Below are positions 21,280 through 32,780 of a stretch of 32,824 nt of DNA, piece by piece. Positions within the stretch are counted from its first letter, which is position 1; every line of letters begins with the position of its first letter. The position numbers were made by a program, and so were the translations under genes. The stretch comes from Octopus bimaculoides (taxonomy: Eukaryota), in the NCBI RefSeq assembly GCF_001194135.2, contig NC_068986.1:69506235-69539058 (forward strand), read 5' to 3'. The notes below the pieces were generated by a model. The model was not told the DNA's origin and did no database searches. It saw only the letters and a list, made by a program, of their open reading frames with translations.

Positions 21280-22774
21280 GACCGTTTCCTAGCATAGCTT
21301 CACAACTTTTGTTGAGATAAGTGTTAGACTGGAGATATAGCCGGAGATGCACTTATCACTTAAACCTGATGCGTCTCTCACTGGGAAAGATATAGTGCGG
21401 CGAAAAACTAATAATAGCAGCAGAGATATAGAAAAAAATTGATTGCTTGATTGGTTATGAAGGGACGAATGAGGTGGTTTGAATGATCTGTTCTACCAGT
21501 TTTATACATGCATACCAGAGTAGGTCACTATGATTTTAGTAGCTAAACAGGAGAATTGTATGAAGTACGTGCTAATCGTGCGTTGCGAAGTTGAGATCAC
21601 TCGGATGTGTATGATTTCAGGAGAATTTATCTAGTTCAACCCCATCCTCATGGTTTAGGTATTCGAGGTTTGTTTCATACCGGGTCTGGGTAAGAAAAAA
21701 AAAAAGAAAATTAGAATAGATTGCGAGCAGTATAGCTAGTTCCAATGAGAAACAATTTTTGCTTAATAGCTAAAAAAAACCCAAAAAACTCTGACTTTTA
21801 CAAACACGTCTCCAATAAATTAGAGTGAATTATTTTAATTAGCAACATATTTTTCTCCAGATTATATCATGGAATTACTCGGCGCTGAGGAAAAAATTGC
21901 AGAACCAACAAAAAATGAATGACAATTAATAGTTTGTTTTTCTTCTTCGGATTTTTATGACGTTCTAAATTCTCTTCACTAATGAAAGAAATAATATTCT
22001 CCAACGAGTTGGCTCTGGTTGTTTCGAACAGCACAGATAATCTTTCCAGGATGAAACATGCCCTTGACTATTTAAAACATTTCCAGCAAAACTTTTTAAT
22101 CAGAGATCCGGGTTGTTTGTTGACCATGTCACTAAGTTGGCATGACTTACCTAAAGAAAAGCTTTAACATTTTACTCCTCTGTGGCAAGATGTATTATCG
22201 TTCACGAAGCCTACTTATTCGTCGATGGTAAAAGTGTTAAAATTTTAATATATGCCAATATTCTGACTTCTGAGATAATGACTGCCATCTCCCTTGATCC
22301 TTTAACTGACATGCATCCTTAAATTATAAATGAGTGGGGAAATTTGATTGTTTTCTTCAGACAATCATAGTTATGTGGAACAGTACTAAATAAAATCTCT
22401 CACATTATCACATTCACCAATATAGATTCATGAATCATCATTAACTATTACTTTCATTCAATCATTCACATTCCATTTTCGATTCTCTTTAGCCCACTGC
22501 CAACTGTCTTTTATTGTGTGGAGGTGTTAGTACTGGTTTTCATTTGGCTTTTTCTGTACGTAAATGCCATTTGGTTCAACCAATGTTTCATAGCTCTATT
22601 ATAAACGTCGACTCCTTCTTTTGTCCAATTGCTTTTCATTTGTGTGTTGCACATTTTTTTGATTGTCAAGGCGTATTGCTTTGACTTTCCAATGTCGATG
22701 CTTTGTTGAGTTTCGTATTCTATTTCTGTTTTCTTTTATAACCATCCAATATGTTTTTTAACTTGACTCATAAA

Positions 22775-23655
22775 ATGCCTAACAGCATTTCTGGCTTTAT
22801 GCTCTGAGTTCAAATTCCGCTGAGATCAATCTTGCTTTTCATCCTTTCGGGGTCGATAAAATAAAGTAGCAGTTGAGCACTAGAGCTGATTCAATCGACT
22901 AGCTCTTCCCCGAAAATTGTAAGTCTTGAGCCTATATCAGAAAGTATTTACACTTGAAACAACCAGCATCTCTGAACACACTTCGTGTTAGATTTCTCTT
23001 TGGAAACATGTTAGCATCTACCCCATTTTTTTCAGCTGACAACTTATTTGTAGGGGTCAAGTTTCCTTTTAATTAACCAAGTTCAATTGTTCGTTAAGGC
23101 CTGCAAGCACTCTCTTAACTGAAGACTACATGGCATTTTAAAACCTGTGCCAATATCTGTTTTAGAAATGTAAATTATAAGGCGATACCATAAAGTTTTT
23201 ACTTCAACGCGATCTGGAAAAAAGAAAAAGAAACTATTATTTAAAACAATTTGTTTAAGATACGTTTCACAAAGCCAGAATGTTCAACTATTAAACAAAA
23301 GTTATCTTGTACCTCCAGGTGTTGTGATTACATAACAATTGCCACTGCTTGTATATGCGTATATCACTACGTGTTACATATTCTCTTAACGTGACATAGT
23401 ATTGTGCATATGTTCAATACTATTATTTATTCATTATGTTAAGACGGCAATCTGGCAGAATCGTTCGCACACCGGGTAAAAATTCTAAGCAGCATTTCGT
23501 CCCGGATTCTTCATCAGCTTCATCTGATATTTGTTGGGATAATGCAATTCTCCGCGGGCAGAATCGTTAGTACGCTGGGCAAAAATGCTTAGCTGCATTT
23601 CGTCCATCGTTCAGAGTCCAAATTCCGCTCAGGTCGACTTTGCCTTTCATCCTAC
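22775..23655 (+). mobile_element. Family A SINE copies and fragments at about 22775-22948, 23443-23500 and 23555-23655 (intervening sequence unique)
   Basis: GAGTTCAAATTCCGC, GGTCGACTTTGCCTTTCATCC and TGGCAGAATCGTT motifs. Confidence 0.75.
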
Positions 23656-23879
23656 AATGGATTATTTATTGATTTTTTTTCCTTATAATTATCTATTTAT
23701 TAAATGTCAAATTTTACTCAAATTTTTAAATTAACCACTTTGTATAACACCCCTTATCTACTACTATTGTATACTAGATGAAGTCGTCTTGCTCAGCACT
23801 TTCAGTTAATAACTCCTACTGTTAACATTTCTTGTAGGTATGAAACTGAGTGCAATTACCTACGCTGTATAAATAAAGA

Positions 23880-23880
<1 letters not shown>

Positions 23881-23953
<73 letters not shown>

Positions 23954-23971
23954 CATCATCATCATCATCAT
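23881..23971. repeat. (TTA)n-(TCA)n microsatellite at the 3' end of the R4/Dong element
   Basis: Direct reading. It is (TAA)n on the element's sense strand. Confidence 0.95.
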
Positions 23972-26900
23972 CTTCTTTCAATTCTACTTCCATTTCTTGC
24001 TGAGTGTCTTCCTGACACCTAGGACAGAGAAACTGTTAAAATAAACACACCAAATTGTTCATTTACAAAGTCATGTGGTAGAGAAAAAGGGGAAGAAAGA
24101 CAGAACGAAAAAGGAAAAATAAAAAATAAAACAGTAAACAAATAGAATAAAGGGGAAAAAAGGAAAAAAATTCACAGCGACAATGCTCTTCTCAGTACGT
24201 GTGACGTGACAGTTAAGACAATTTTTTGCACTTCCTGCATTGATGCTAAGCCAGGTATCATTCTGAAATAATTTTCAGTTCCATTTTTGATTATTCCAAG
24301 AGCTCCTACAGTCATTGGTATTGTAACCGTCTTGAGATGTCACATATTTTCGCTTAGCAAATCTTTATATTTTCTGAGATTATCAAATTCTTTTGCCGAG
24401 TTATTATGGTCACAGGATATGCTCATGTCAATCAGTGAACAGACTTTATTGTGTTGGTCTTTGACAACGATATCTGGTTTGTTTGCGTTGATAGTCCGGT
24501 CTGTACATACTGGGAAGTCCCAAAGAATAGTTACATTTTCTCCCTCAGTTGCAGCCTCATGGTGGTGCTTGTACCATTTGTCAGTAGATTTGATTTTATA
24601 ATGCCGACACATTATCCAATGTAGATATTGGCCAACTCTGTCATGTCTTGATTTGCACTCTACAGGCGCTAAAACCTTACACCTAGAGATTAGGTGGTCC
24701 ACTGTTTCAATCCCATCGTTGCAGTATCGGCACTTTGGGTCCATACCATTTTTCTCACATTGGATTTATAGTTCCGGATCAATAAGTCCTCATCTTGAGC
24801 AGCCAAGATAAAGCCTTCACACTCAGTCTTTAACCCTGAACTCCGTAGCTACTGATGGGTGTGCTTCTGGTCTACATCAGCTTGTTTACTACGGGCCACA
24901 TATTTTCCTTGCAGAGGTTTTTCTTCCCACCTATCAGCCATTTTGCTTTGCTATTGATTTCACTTTCTTTGCAACTGCAGTTACTGCACTTCCCTCATGC
25001 TGTTCAACCTGGGTATTATGCATAAACTCACTTGAAAATGTTTTTTGCTCTCCTTCATAACAGAATGAAGCTTCTTAAGTCTTTCATGGTTTTCAACGAG
25101 CTTTAGCATCCAGTCGTTAAATGCTTCAAGATATTTTGCCAGCCCAATTGAGGTGGTTTTGTTGGAGATTTCAAATTGGATCAAACCTCGCACTTCTTGA
25201 GCTCTGGCTAGGTAAAGACGGTCTGTGTCTGCCTTTGGGTGGTGCATCTTATTGCGAGTCAACAGCTTACGGATTTTCCTGTCAATCTTCCTTATTTCAT
25301 TCATATTCCAGTTCAACACATTGAAACTGTAAATATCAGGAACTGCTAAGGAATTCATAGCTAACGCCTTGTTACGGCACTCAGCTCGGATTTTAGGACT
25401 GCTCGAACTCTCCTGTAACACTCCTTCCTGATCTTCTCTTTCATACTTCCATGCTGTATGCCAGAGCCCTCGTTTATTCCGAGGTATTTGTAAGTGTGTT
25501 CCTGTTCGAGTTCTTTTATGACTGTGTCAACATCCAACACCACTGAATGTGAGCTCTTCAGTTTCCCTTTCTGGAAAGTGGCCTTGGCACATTTATCAAG
25601 TCCAAATTCCATCCTAATGTCATCATTGAATGCTTTCACAGTACGCAGTAGTCCTTCAAGCTCTTTATCATCTTTGCCATAGAATTTTAAGTCATCTATA
25701 TAAAATAGATGACTTATTTTCTTGTCGCCAATTTTATATCCACACCCTGTTCTGTTAAGTTCACTTATAAGGGATATTAGGGCTATGCAGAAAATGAAAG
25801 GTGAAAGTGAGTCACCTTGGAAAATACCGCAGTTGATCTTAATATTATTTGTGGTCAGTACTCCATTAGAGTTGTGTGGTTGGAGATTCATATTCCACAT
25901 TGACATGTGCTTCAAGAAGTTTGAAATCACAGGAGAAATTTTGAAGATATCCAGCGATTTCAAGATCCATGAATGCGCTATGCTGTCGAAGGCCATTTTA
26001 TAACCAATTCATGTAGAACAGATTACTGCGTTTGTTATGACAGTTCTCGAGCATCATGCGATTGATTAAGAGTTGGTCTTTGCATCCATATGGTTCTCTA
26101 TCATGCATATTGACATATCTTACAACTGCTAGCTTTTTCAGGATTTTCTGCTTCAGCTCTCTCATAGACTTTCTATGTTCTTCAGTAAATGTGTAGTCTT
26201 CAAATATTGTTTTTTTACTACTTTCCTCGCTATCTTTATAAGGTTCATTACAATTTATTTTTCCAGACATTTGCGTGTTCTTGTCAGATAGCAGTCTTTC
26301 AATTCAGACTTGTGGAGATTTGCTCTCTTTGTCTGGTTCTTCATTTCCTTGCATTCTTATATTTAGGTCATTTTCCGCCGTGTGCTCGATCGCAGTTATT
26401 TCACTATCTGTGGGTCTTTTATTTCTAAAGATATCTCTCCTAACATTTGCTAACTTGTTTCCGTCCAAATATAGTCTGCTGTCTTGATTTCGTGTTCTCT
26501 ATAGTTGATAAGAGTGTGCGGTGTGTTTCTCTTCAGATGGCCTGCCTAATGCATAGTAATAGACGTATATTACTTCTGTATACTCTTCTCGGGTCCATTT
26601 GATCCTCTTACATTCTTCTTTCGGTGGTGGGTGTGGTGGTGGACTTGGAGGGCTCGAGATGTGGCAGTTCTCGTTCAAGTGACCATCCAGATTCGTATTC
26701 AGAGAAGGGTTTGTGCCATTGGATGACTTTTCGACCCCAGGCTGTCTCTCCCCTGGATGACGCGCTTCCAGATTAACAATAGGACAAGCGGTTTGGTGTA
26801 CTGTTATAGTTTTCCTTTTTGTTTTGTTAGACATATTTTAGCTACAGTAAAATTATTAGTATTGAGTCCTGTATTGTGGCAGATGTAGAGGCGGTTGTTG

Positions 26901-27255
26901 CCTCTGCCACTATTGTCGACTCTGTCATTAATACCGTTACTGTTACTTTAACCTTGCTACTACAGCATTGCTCATCGTGAGTTACCACCAATAGTGCCTT
27001 GATCTGTATAGTTGTGGCTAACCTTTGTAACCATGGCGACAGTATACTGCCACGTTTTCTACTAATATTGTGTGGTATTATTAAATGTTGTTTAGTTTCG
27101 ACTTTTGTCTTGTACTTGAGATGATCATAAATATGTGAGAGCTGAAGGGAATAGTAAGAGGAAGAGAAGCAGCATGGTGAATAGACCAAATTACACAGGT
27201 CTGTAAATAGGTTCGGCAGATGGTGAGAAGGAGATCAGCAATGGGCCTTCACATT
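23972..27255 (-). mobile_element. R4/Dong-clade non-LTR retrotransposon family A: decayed and internally deleted. ORF remnant 26834->24172 has an N-terminal domain, RT, CCHC-like zinc knuckle and PD-(D/E)xK restriction-like endonuclease
   Basis: RT motifs AFDSIAH, GIFQGDSLSP, HLFYIDDLK, FGLDKC, YKYLG. CRYC..ETVDHLISRC, RHDRV, ANKPDIVVKD..LIDMS..KY and the C-terminal VLRRALSL*. N-terminal KWTREEY. Multiple stops and frameshifts. Confidence 0.93.
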
Positions 27256-27960
27256 CCTACTATGATAAGAATTGTTTCTGTTTTTAGATTCCACATTCGA
27301 GTTACCTCTATTTCCGGGTCTTTGTATTTTGAAAGTTTCTCCATTTCTTTTAGAGAAACGTTGTCATCTGCTGGTATTGATACATCAATTAGAAAGCATT
27401 TTTTTCNNNNNNNNNNTACTTGTTATGTTTCTTTTCATTATATGTTTTTGGTAATTTCTGGTGGGGAGGCTTTGGTCTTGTGCAGCAATTAAGAGTCCTT
27501 CAGTCTCTGCTTTGAGTCCTGAGCTTCTCAACCATTGCTGGGATTTTTCTCTGTCTATTTCTTTTGCATTTAGTTTAGCCCAGTATTTACCATGTTGAGG
27601 CTTTTCTTGCCATCGTTTTATCATGGTCCGTTGCTGTTCTAGAATTAGTTTGCATTTCATTTGTTTTATAGCTTTTGTTTCTTCTTCTTCTTCTTCTTCT
27701 TCTTCTTCTTCTTCTTCTTCTTCTTCTTCTCCTTCTTCTCCTTCTTCTTCTTCTTCTTCTTCTTCTCCTTCTTCTCCTCCTCCTTCTTCTTCTTCTTCTT
27801 CTTCTTCTTCTTCTTCTTCTTCTTCTTCTTCTTCTTCTTTGTTAGGTAGTGTGATTTCTTGTTTGTATTTGTCAGTTTCCTTAAATATTGAAAACAGTTT
27901 TTTGTTTTACTCGTGTCTTGTGGCTATTTGTATCAGTTTTCCTTGCTTCTGAAGTAGGTA
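27256..27960 (-). mobile_element. R4/Dong family B fragment (thumb/zinc-knuckle-proximal region plus endonuclease segment), truncated at both ends, with an internal (GAA)n expansion
   Basis: RWQEKPQHGKYW..WLRSSGLKAETEGLLIAAQDQSLPTRNY and CFLIDVSIPADDNVSLKEMEKLSKYKD. 119/123 nt identical to the 6231-6353 copy. Confidence 0.9.
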
Positions 27961-28204
27961 NNNNNNNNNNTTTGTTTTACTCGTGTCTTGTGGCTATTTG
28001 TATCAGTTTTCCTTGCTTCTGAAGTAGGTATTTTTGCAGTCCTATGGTGGTTATTTTATAATAGTGTTCCAGTTGTATAAGACCCCCCCACCTTCTGTAC
28101 GTTGTGTATATAGCCTTTCTATGTCAGATTATTATTATTATTATTATTTAAGACGACGCACAGTATCCAATATTATAATGTTATTGATTGAAGATATTGT
28201 GTCT

Positions 28205-28382
28205 ACAGGTCAAAATGCTTAGCTGCATTTCTTCCGATGTTCTGAGTTCAAATTCAGCCCAGGTCGACTTTGCTTTTCATCCTTTCGGGGTCGATAAATT
28301 AAGTACCAGTTGAACACTGGGTTCGATGTAATCGACAATCCCCTCCCCAAAAAATGGCTGCCCTTGTCGTAAAATTTGAAAT
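28205..28382 (+). mobile_element. Family A SINE followed by (ATG)n(ATC)n(ATT)n tail to ~28450
   Basis: Family core and GAGTTCAAATTC. Confidence 0.87.
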
Positions 28383-28408
28383 GATGATGATGATGATCAT
28401 CATCATCA

Positions 28409-28452
<44 letters not shown>

Positions 28453-28927
28453 AGGCTCTACGTGTTGATAGTCGCTTGTTGCAAATTATTGTATAAAACG
28501 ACAAAGCCTATTAACTGTCCTTTCACAAGGCTTCTCAAATTCAAATAAGAACAAAGTTTGATTTTCATCCCTAACATGAATAAAGCATTGCAAAGAAGAG
28601 ACGATAGTTGTCTGAAGAAACCACCTCTGATTGGGAACGATATGATTTTAACGGAAGAACATGTCTACAGCTTTAATAATAGTGAAGACCAAACACAGTA
28701 TGAACATCATTCGATATACTGGCAACAAAGGACTGGTTAGTAGCGTCAACGTTTGGTTTATGTATATCAGTGATTAGTCTAACAGATAGTTTAATGTTAA
28801 GCAGTTTATGGACAATAGCAGTTTATGTTTTTCATGTATATGCATATACGTGTGTGTACGCAACTGCCTGTGTACACATACATCTATGCATAATACATAC
28901 ATACATACATACATACATATACACACA

Positions 28928-28959
<32 letters not shown>

Positions 28960-29584
28960 CACACATACATACATACATACATACATAATGCATACATACA
29001 TGCATACATACATGCATACATACATACATGCATACATACATACATACATACATACTGCATACATATATTCACATGTGTGTATACATATACATATTCTTTT
29101 ATCGNNNNNNNNNNCATACATACATGCATACATACATACATGCATACATACATACATACATACATACTGCATACATATATTCACATGTGTGTATACATAT
29201 ACATATTCTTTTATCGCTTCAGCCATGCAGCTGCTGTCATGTACACACACACACACACACACGTACATACATACACACACACACACACACACATATATAT
29301 ATGTATATACATATGTGTGTAATTTGTGTATCCATGGATGTGGATATACGCATACATAATTATACACACAGTTGCATGTATGGTCTTTTGAATATAAATA
29401 TGTCTTTGTGTATGTGTGGTTATGTGATTGCGTATGTGTGATTGTGTGTATGTGTCTGTGTGACCGTCCATGTGTATGTGTATGAGAGAAAGAGAGAGAG
29501 TGTGTGTGCGTGTATATATATGAAAGAGAGAGAGAGAGAGAGAGAGGGAGAGAGGGAAAGGGTGTGTGTGTGTGTGTGTGTGTA

Positions 29585-29631
<47 letters not shown>

Positions 29632-30129
29632 CTATTCACTCATAGAAGAGTTGAACGATATTAAACGGAAAGAAGTGAAAACAAACAAAATTACAAAAAT
29701 AAGCCGATTTTGGCCGCTAATTGTAGAATAATGAGAGAAAATTCTTATAAGATGCAGAACACGAGAATGGAGTAGATGTGTATGTGTGCATATGTGTGTT
29801 TGTGTGAGTGCGTACGTATGTGTGTTTGTGTGTAAATGTTGGTTAGTGTGCAAACGTGTATGTTAACATGTCGTCTCTCTGTCTCTTCTCTTTCTCACTC
29901 TTTCTCTCCCTCCTTCTCTCTTTCTCATCCGTCTCTCTTTCTTTCCTATCTTTAGCTTAACGCAGAATCTTATTCCGTGTGCCTGTGTAGGAGTGCGGTT
30001 GTGTGTGCATGGCTGGGGTTAGTGTATGCGCATACATGCAACTATGTAAGCATATGTCATTTGGTTGTGGTGTCTGTTTAAATGATTTCTGGGAGCAATT
30101 AGAGAAATTTAAGGAAAGGGAGGGTGGGA

Positions 30130-30190
<61 letters not shown>

Positions 30191-30569
30191 NNNNNNNNNN
30201 AGAGAGAAAGAGAGAGAGAGAGAGAGAAAACGAATAAAGGGAGAATGAGAGATTGTGAGAGCGTGATATAAAAGTAAAAACAAACAAAAACAGAAAAAAA
30301 GCTCTGGGAATAAGACAGACAGATTTATATGTGTGTATAATATGATATATATATATATATATATATATAATATACAATATATTTATATATATTTATGTAT
30401 GCATATTTGTGTGTGTGTGTATATATATCTAAAATATATTTATATATATATATATGTATATGTATATTTGTGTGTGTGTATGTATGTATNNNNNNNNNNN
30501 NNNNNNNNNNNNNNNNNNNNNNNNNNNNNNNNNNNNNNNNNNNNNNNNNNNNNNNNNNNNNNNNNNNNN

Positions 30570-30618
<49 letters not shown>

Positions 30619-31236
30619 TAGATAGATAGATAGATAGCTGAATGGATGGATAATGAAAGGGTTATGAAGGGGAGAGAGGTAAAATATGGAAGCTAGTCAC
30701 GAGAGGACGTGGATGTGAAAACTATTACATATGCCATAAGAACGACATCTTAACCGAATTAGTCGCAGGTTTGAAATGGAATGGAGGGTTGAAATAGAGG
30801 TTGGGTGGATGGGGTGGGGTATTGATGGAGATGGGGGAAAAAGATGAAGAGAGAAGGGGAAGCAGATACAGGAAAGTGGGGGGACGAGGTCAGCGATGTA
30901 TGAATATGAAGTGATGGGCTGGAAGACAAAAACGAAATATTATAGAAAGGACAGATGAAATAAGTGGAAAGAACGAAACAAAAACACAGATTTCTCGTTC
31001 TCTCTGTCTCTATCTCTCTCTTCCCCTCACCTCTCTCTCTCCCCCTCTCTCTCTCTCTCTCTCTGTCTTTTAATCGCCCTCTCTCAAAGAAAAAAATATA
31101 TGACAGAAAAGGAGTTAAGAAAAAAGAAAGACTATGAGATGAGTAAGGAGGAAGAAGGGGACTGCAGTATATTGTTTCTGAGCTACTCTATTATGTGTAT
31201 ACATGTGTGTGTGCGTGCGTGTGTGTGTGTGTTTGT

Positions 31237-31280
<44 letters not shown>

Positions 31281-32780
31281 NNNNNNNNNNNNNNNNNNNN
31301 NNNNNNNNNNNNNNNNNNNNNNNNNNNNNNNNNNNNNNNNNNGTGTGAGAGAGAGAGTGTTGAGGAGTATAAAATGTTGAAAGGCCAAAAAAGATTCACT
31401 CTTACCTTCATTCATATTTTCCAAAAGAATACGATTGGATGATTTTTTTTGGGAGTTAATTCCTTTGCTAGTGATTTCTCATAGATGTTTAAGCACTCAT
31501 GGAAGGAGTTTTTGCCTTCTAATGGCAAGGGCAATCTCAGTCAATTGAAGGTTTTTAACTCACTTATATTACGCATGTGAGATCCTGAAGTATGTGTTGT
31601 ACTTTACCTTATGGTTAGAAAAGTACAGTGATTAGGTCTCTCTATCAAAGGGACCTAAAAGAGCTTCTCTATTGTTGCAGCATCTGCTGAAAATAACAGC
31701 AAAACCCTCACAAATTACAGCCAACAATTTAAAACAGGGGGAAGTATGCAGATAATGTGGCCTTATATACCCTACAAAACGACAGGGGTATTTTGATCAC
31801 CGCTGTATTTCATCTATGCTAATTGGGGCTAAACAACTTATGAAAGGGAGTTTTAGAGTTAAATCTAAACAAACACTTGACAATTAAATTTTGACAGAAC
31901 ACACATCTAAGGCATTATGCACGCATATGCACACACACACACACACACAATTTAGTAACTATAATTACTATTTGGAAAATTAATCTCAACATGTACAACG
32001 GAAAGAAATTTTAATTGGAGATATTCTATGTGTTGGGAGGGTCTGGAAGTCCAGTAAGGTTGAAACATGCATGGAGTTGTCACTATAACCATCAAAGTTC
32101 TGACTCACCACCTCACTCCGTTCAACTTTTGGTCAAGTGAAATTTTCTAGCTGCTTTCCCATTTGAGGTTGTTTTTTTTCATTTAAGGCTAATGATTATT
32201 CTTCTCATCCACGTAACATTTCCAATGAACTAAAATCCACTTTCGACTCGCCACCTTAACTGTGACATCCTGCACATAACTATATATTCTTTGGACGGGA
32301 GGTACCGATAGGAAACTCTCTCATGCTGCCATGTATATGTAAGTGTATATTGTTTGCGTTTGTACTTCATAATAGAAAACGTGAGAGTCCTATAAACAAC
32401 GCTCGTAGATATTATCATGTTGCTAAGACCCAGATCAGCACTGACCAAAGGTATTCAATGTTAACATTTCAATATGTCCGTCTCTTATTAAAGTGGTAGA
32501 ATGCATTTTGAGGAAATTTGGCTGCTACTTTAAGACGATCGAGTGACCGAACAAAGTCTCCTATTAAGGTTCGTGTAGAGTTGATGGATGTGTGTGTGAG
32601 TGTATGTATGTGTGTGTGTGTGTATGTATGTGTGTGTGTGTGCGCATGTGTGTGTGCGCATGTGTGTGCGTATGTGTGTACTGGTAGCTACGGTTATATA
32701 TCTCGGTGAAATTTCCATCAACCTTTCTTGTCGCAGGAGGAAAGTTTTAGCTGTTCACTTGTAACCCTAGTTTCCACCAG

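Larger units (their letters stand above)
20384..22400 (+). other. Candidate compact spliced transcript: exon-like blocks 20384-20469, 20612-20715/20717, 20913-20949, 21621-21689 and 21861-~22400; coding status unknown
   Basis: Donors TAT|GTAAGT, GGT|GTAAGG (or CAG|GTGTAA), GAG|GTAAGG, TGG|GTAAGA. Acceptors TTTTTCTGTAG, TATATTTTTAG, TGATTTCAG, TTTTTCTCCAG. AATAAA at 22389. No homolog recognised. Confidence 0.45.

Noticed and set aside
20716-21620. Intronic snoRNAs in the candidate introns (including a hairpin GATAAGTG...CACTTATC near 21315-21358)
   Set aside because: No clear C/D boxes or correctly spaced H and ACA boxes were found.
20384-21922. Passing resemblances of candidate-exon peptides to TMX1 (RPGMSG, EWK..SSWF), MsrB1 (RF*I) and SLC15 (FNPI..FIP.LD)
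   Set aside because: The short matches fall in mutually incompatible frames with wrong spacing, so no gene name is supportable.
21930-22400. SECIS element for the TGA-containing frames
   Set aside because: Several ATGA...AA motifs were inspected by eye. None gave the required ~11-12-bp helix II with a paired GA quartet. A proper covariance search is still needed.
27901-28030. Exact 60-bp direct repeat (27901-27960 / 27971-28030). Similar cases at 20495-20528 / 20539-20571 and about 29000-29104 / 29115-29215
   Set aside because: Each pair straddles a 10-N join, the signature of overlapping contig ends rather than a biological duplication.
31485-31550. Possible exon MFKHSWKEFLPSNGKGNLSQLK (and a similar weak block near 9052-9102)
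   Set aside because: One splice site is weak in each case, and there is no partner exon or homology.
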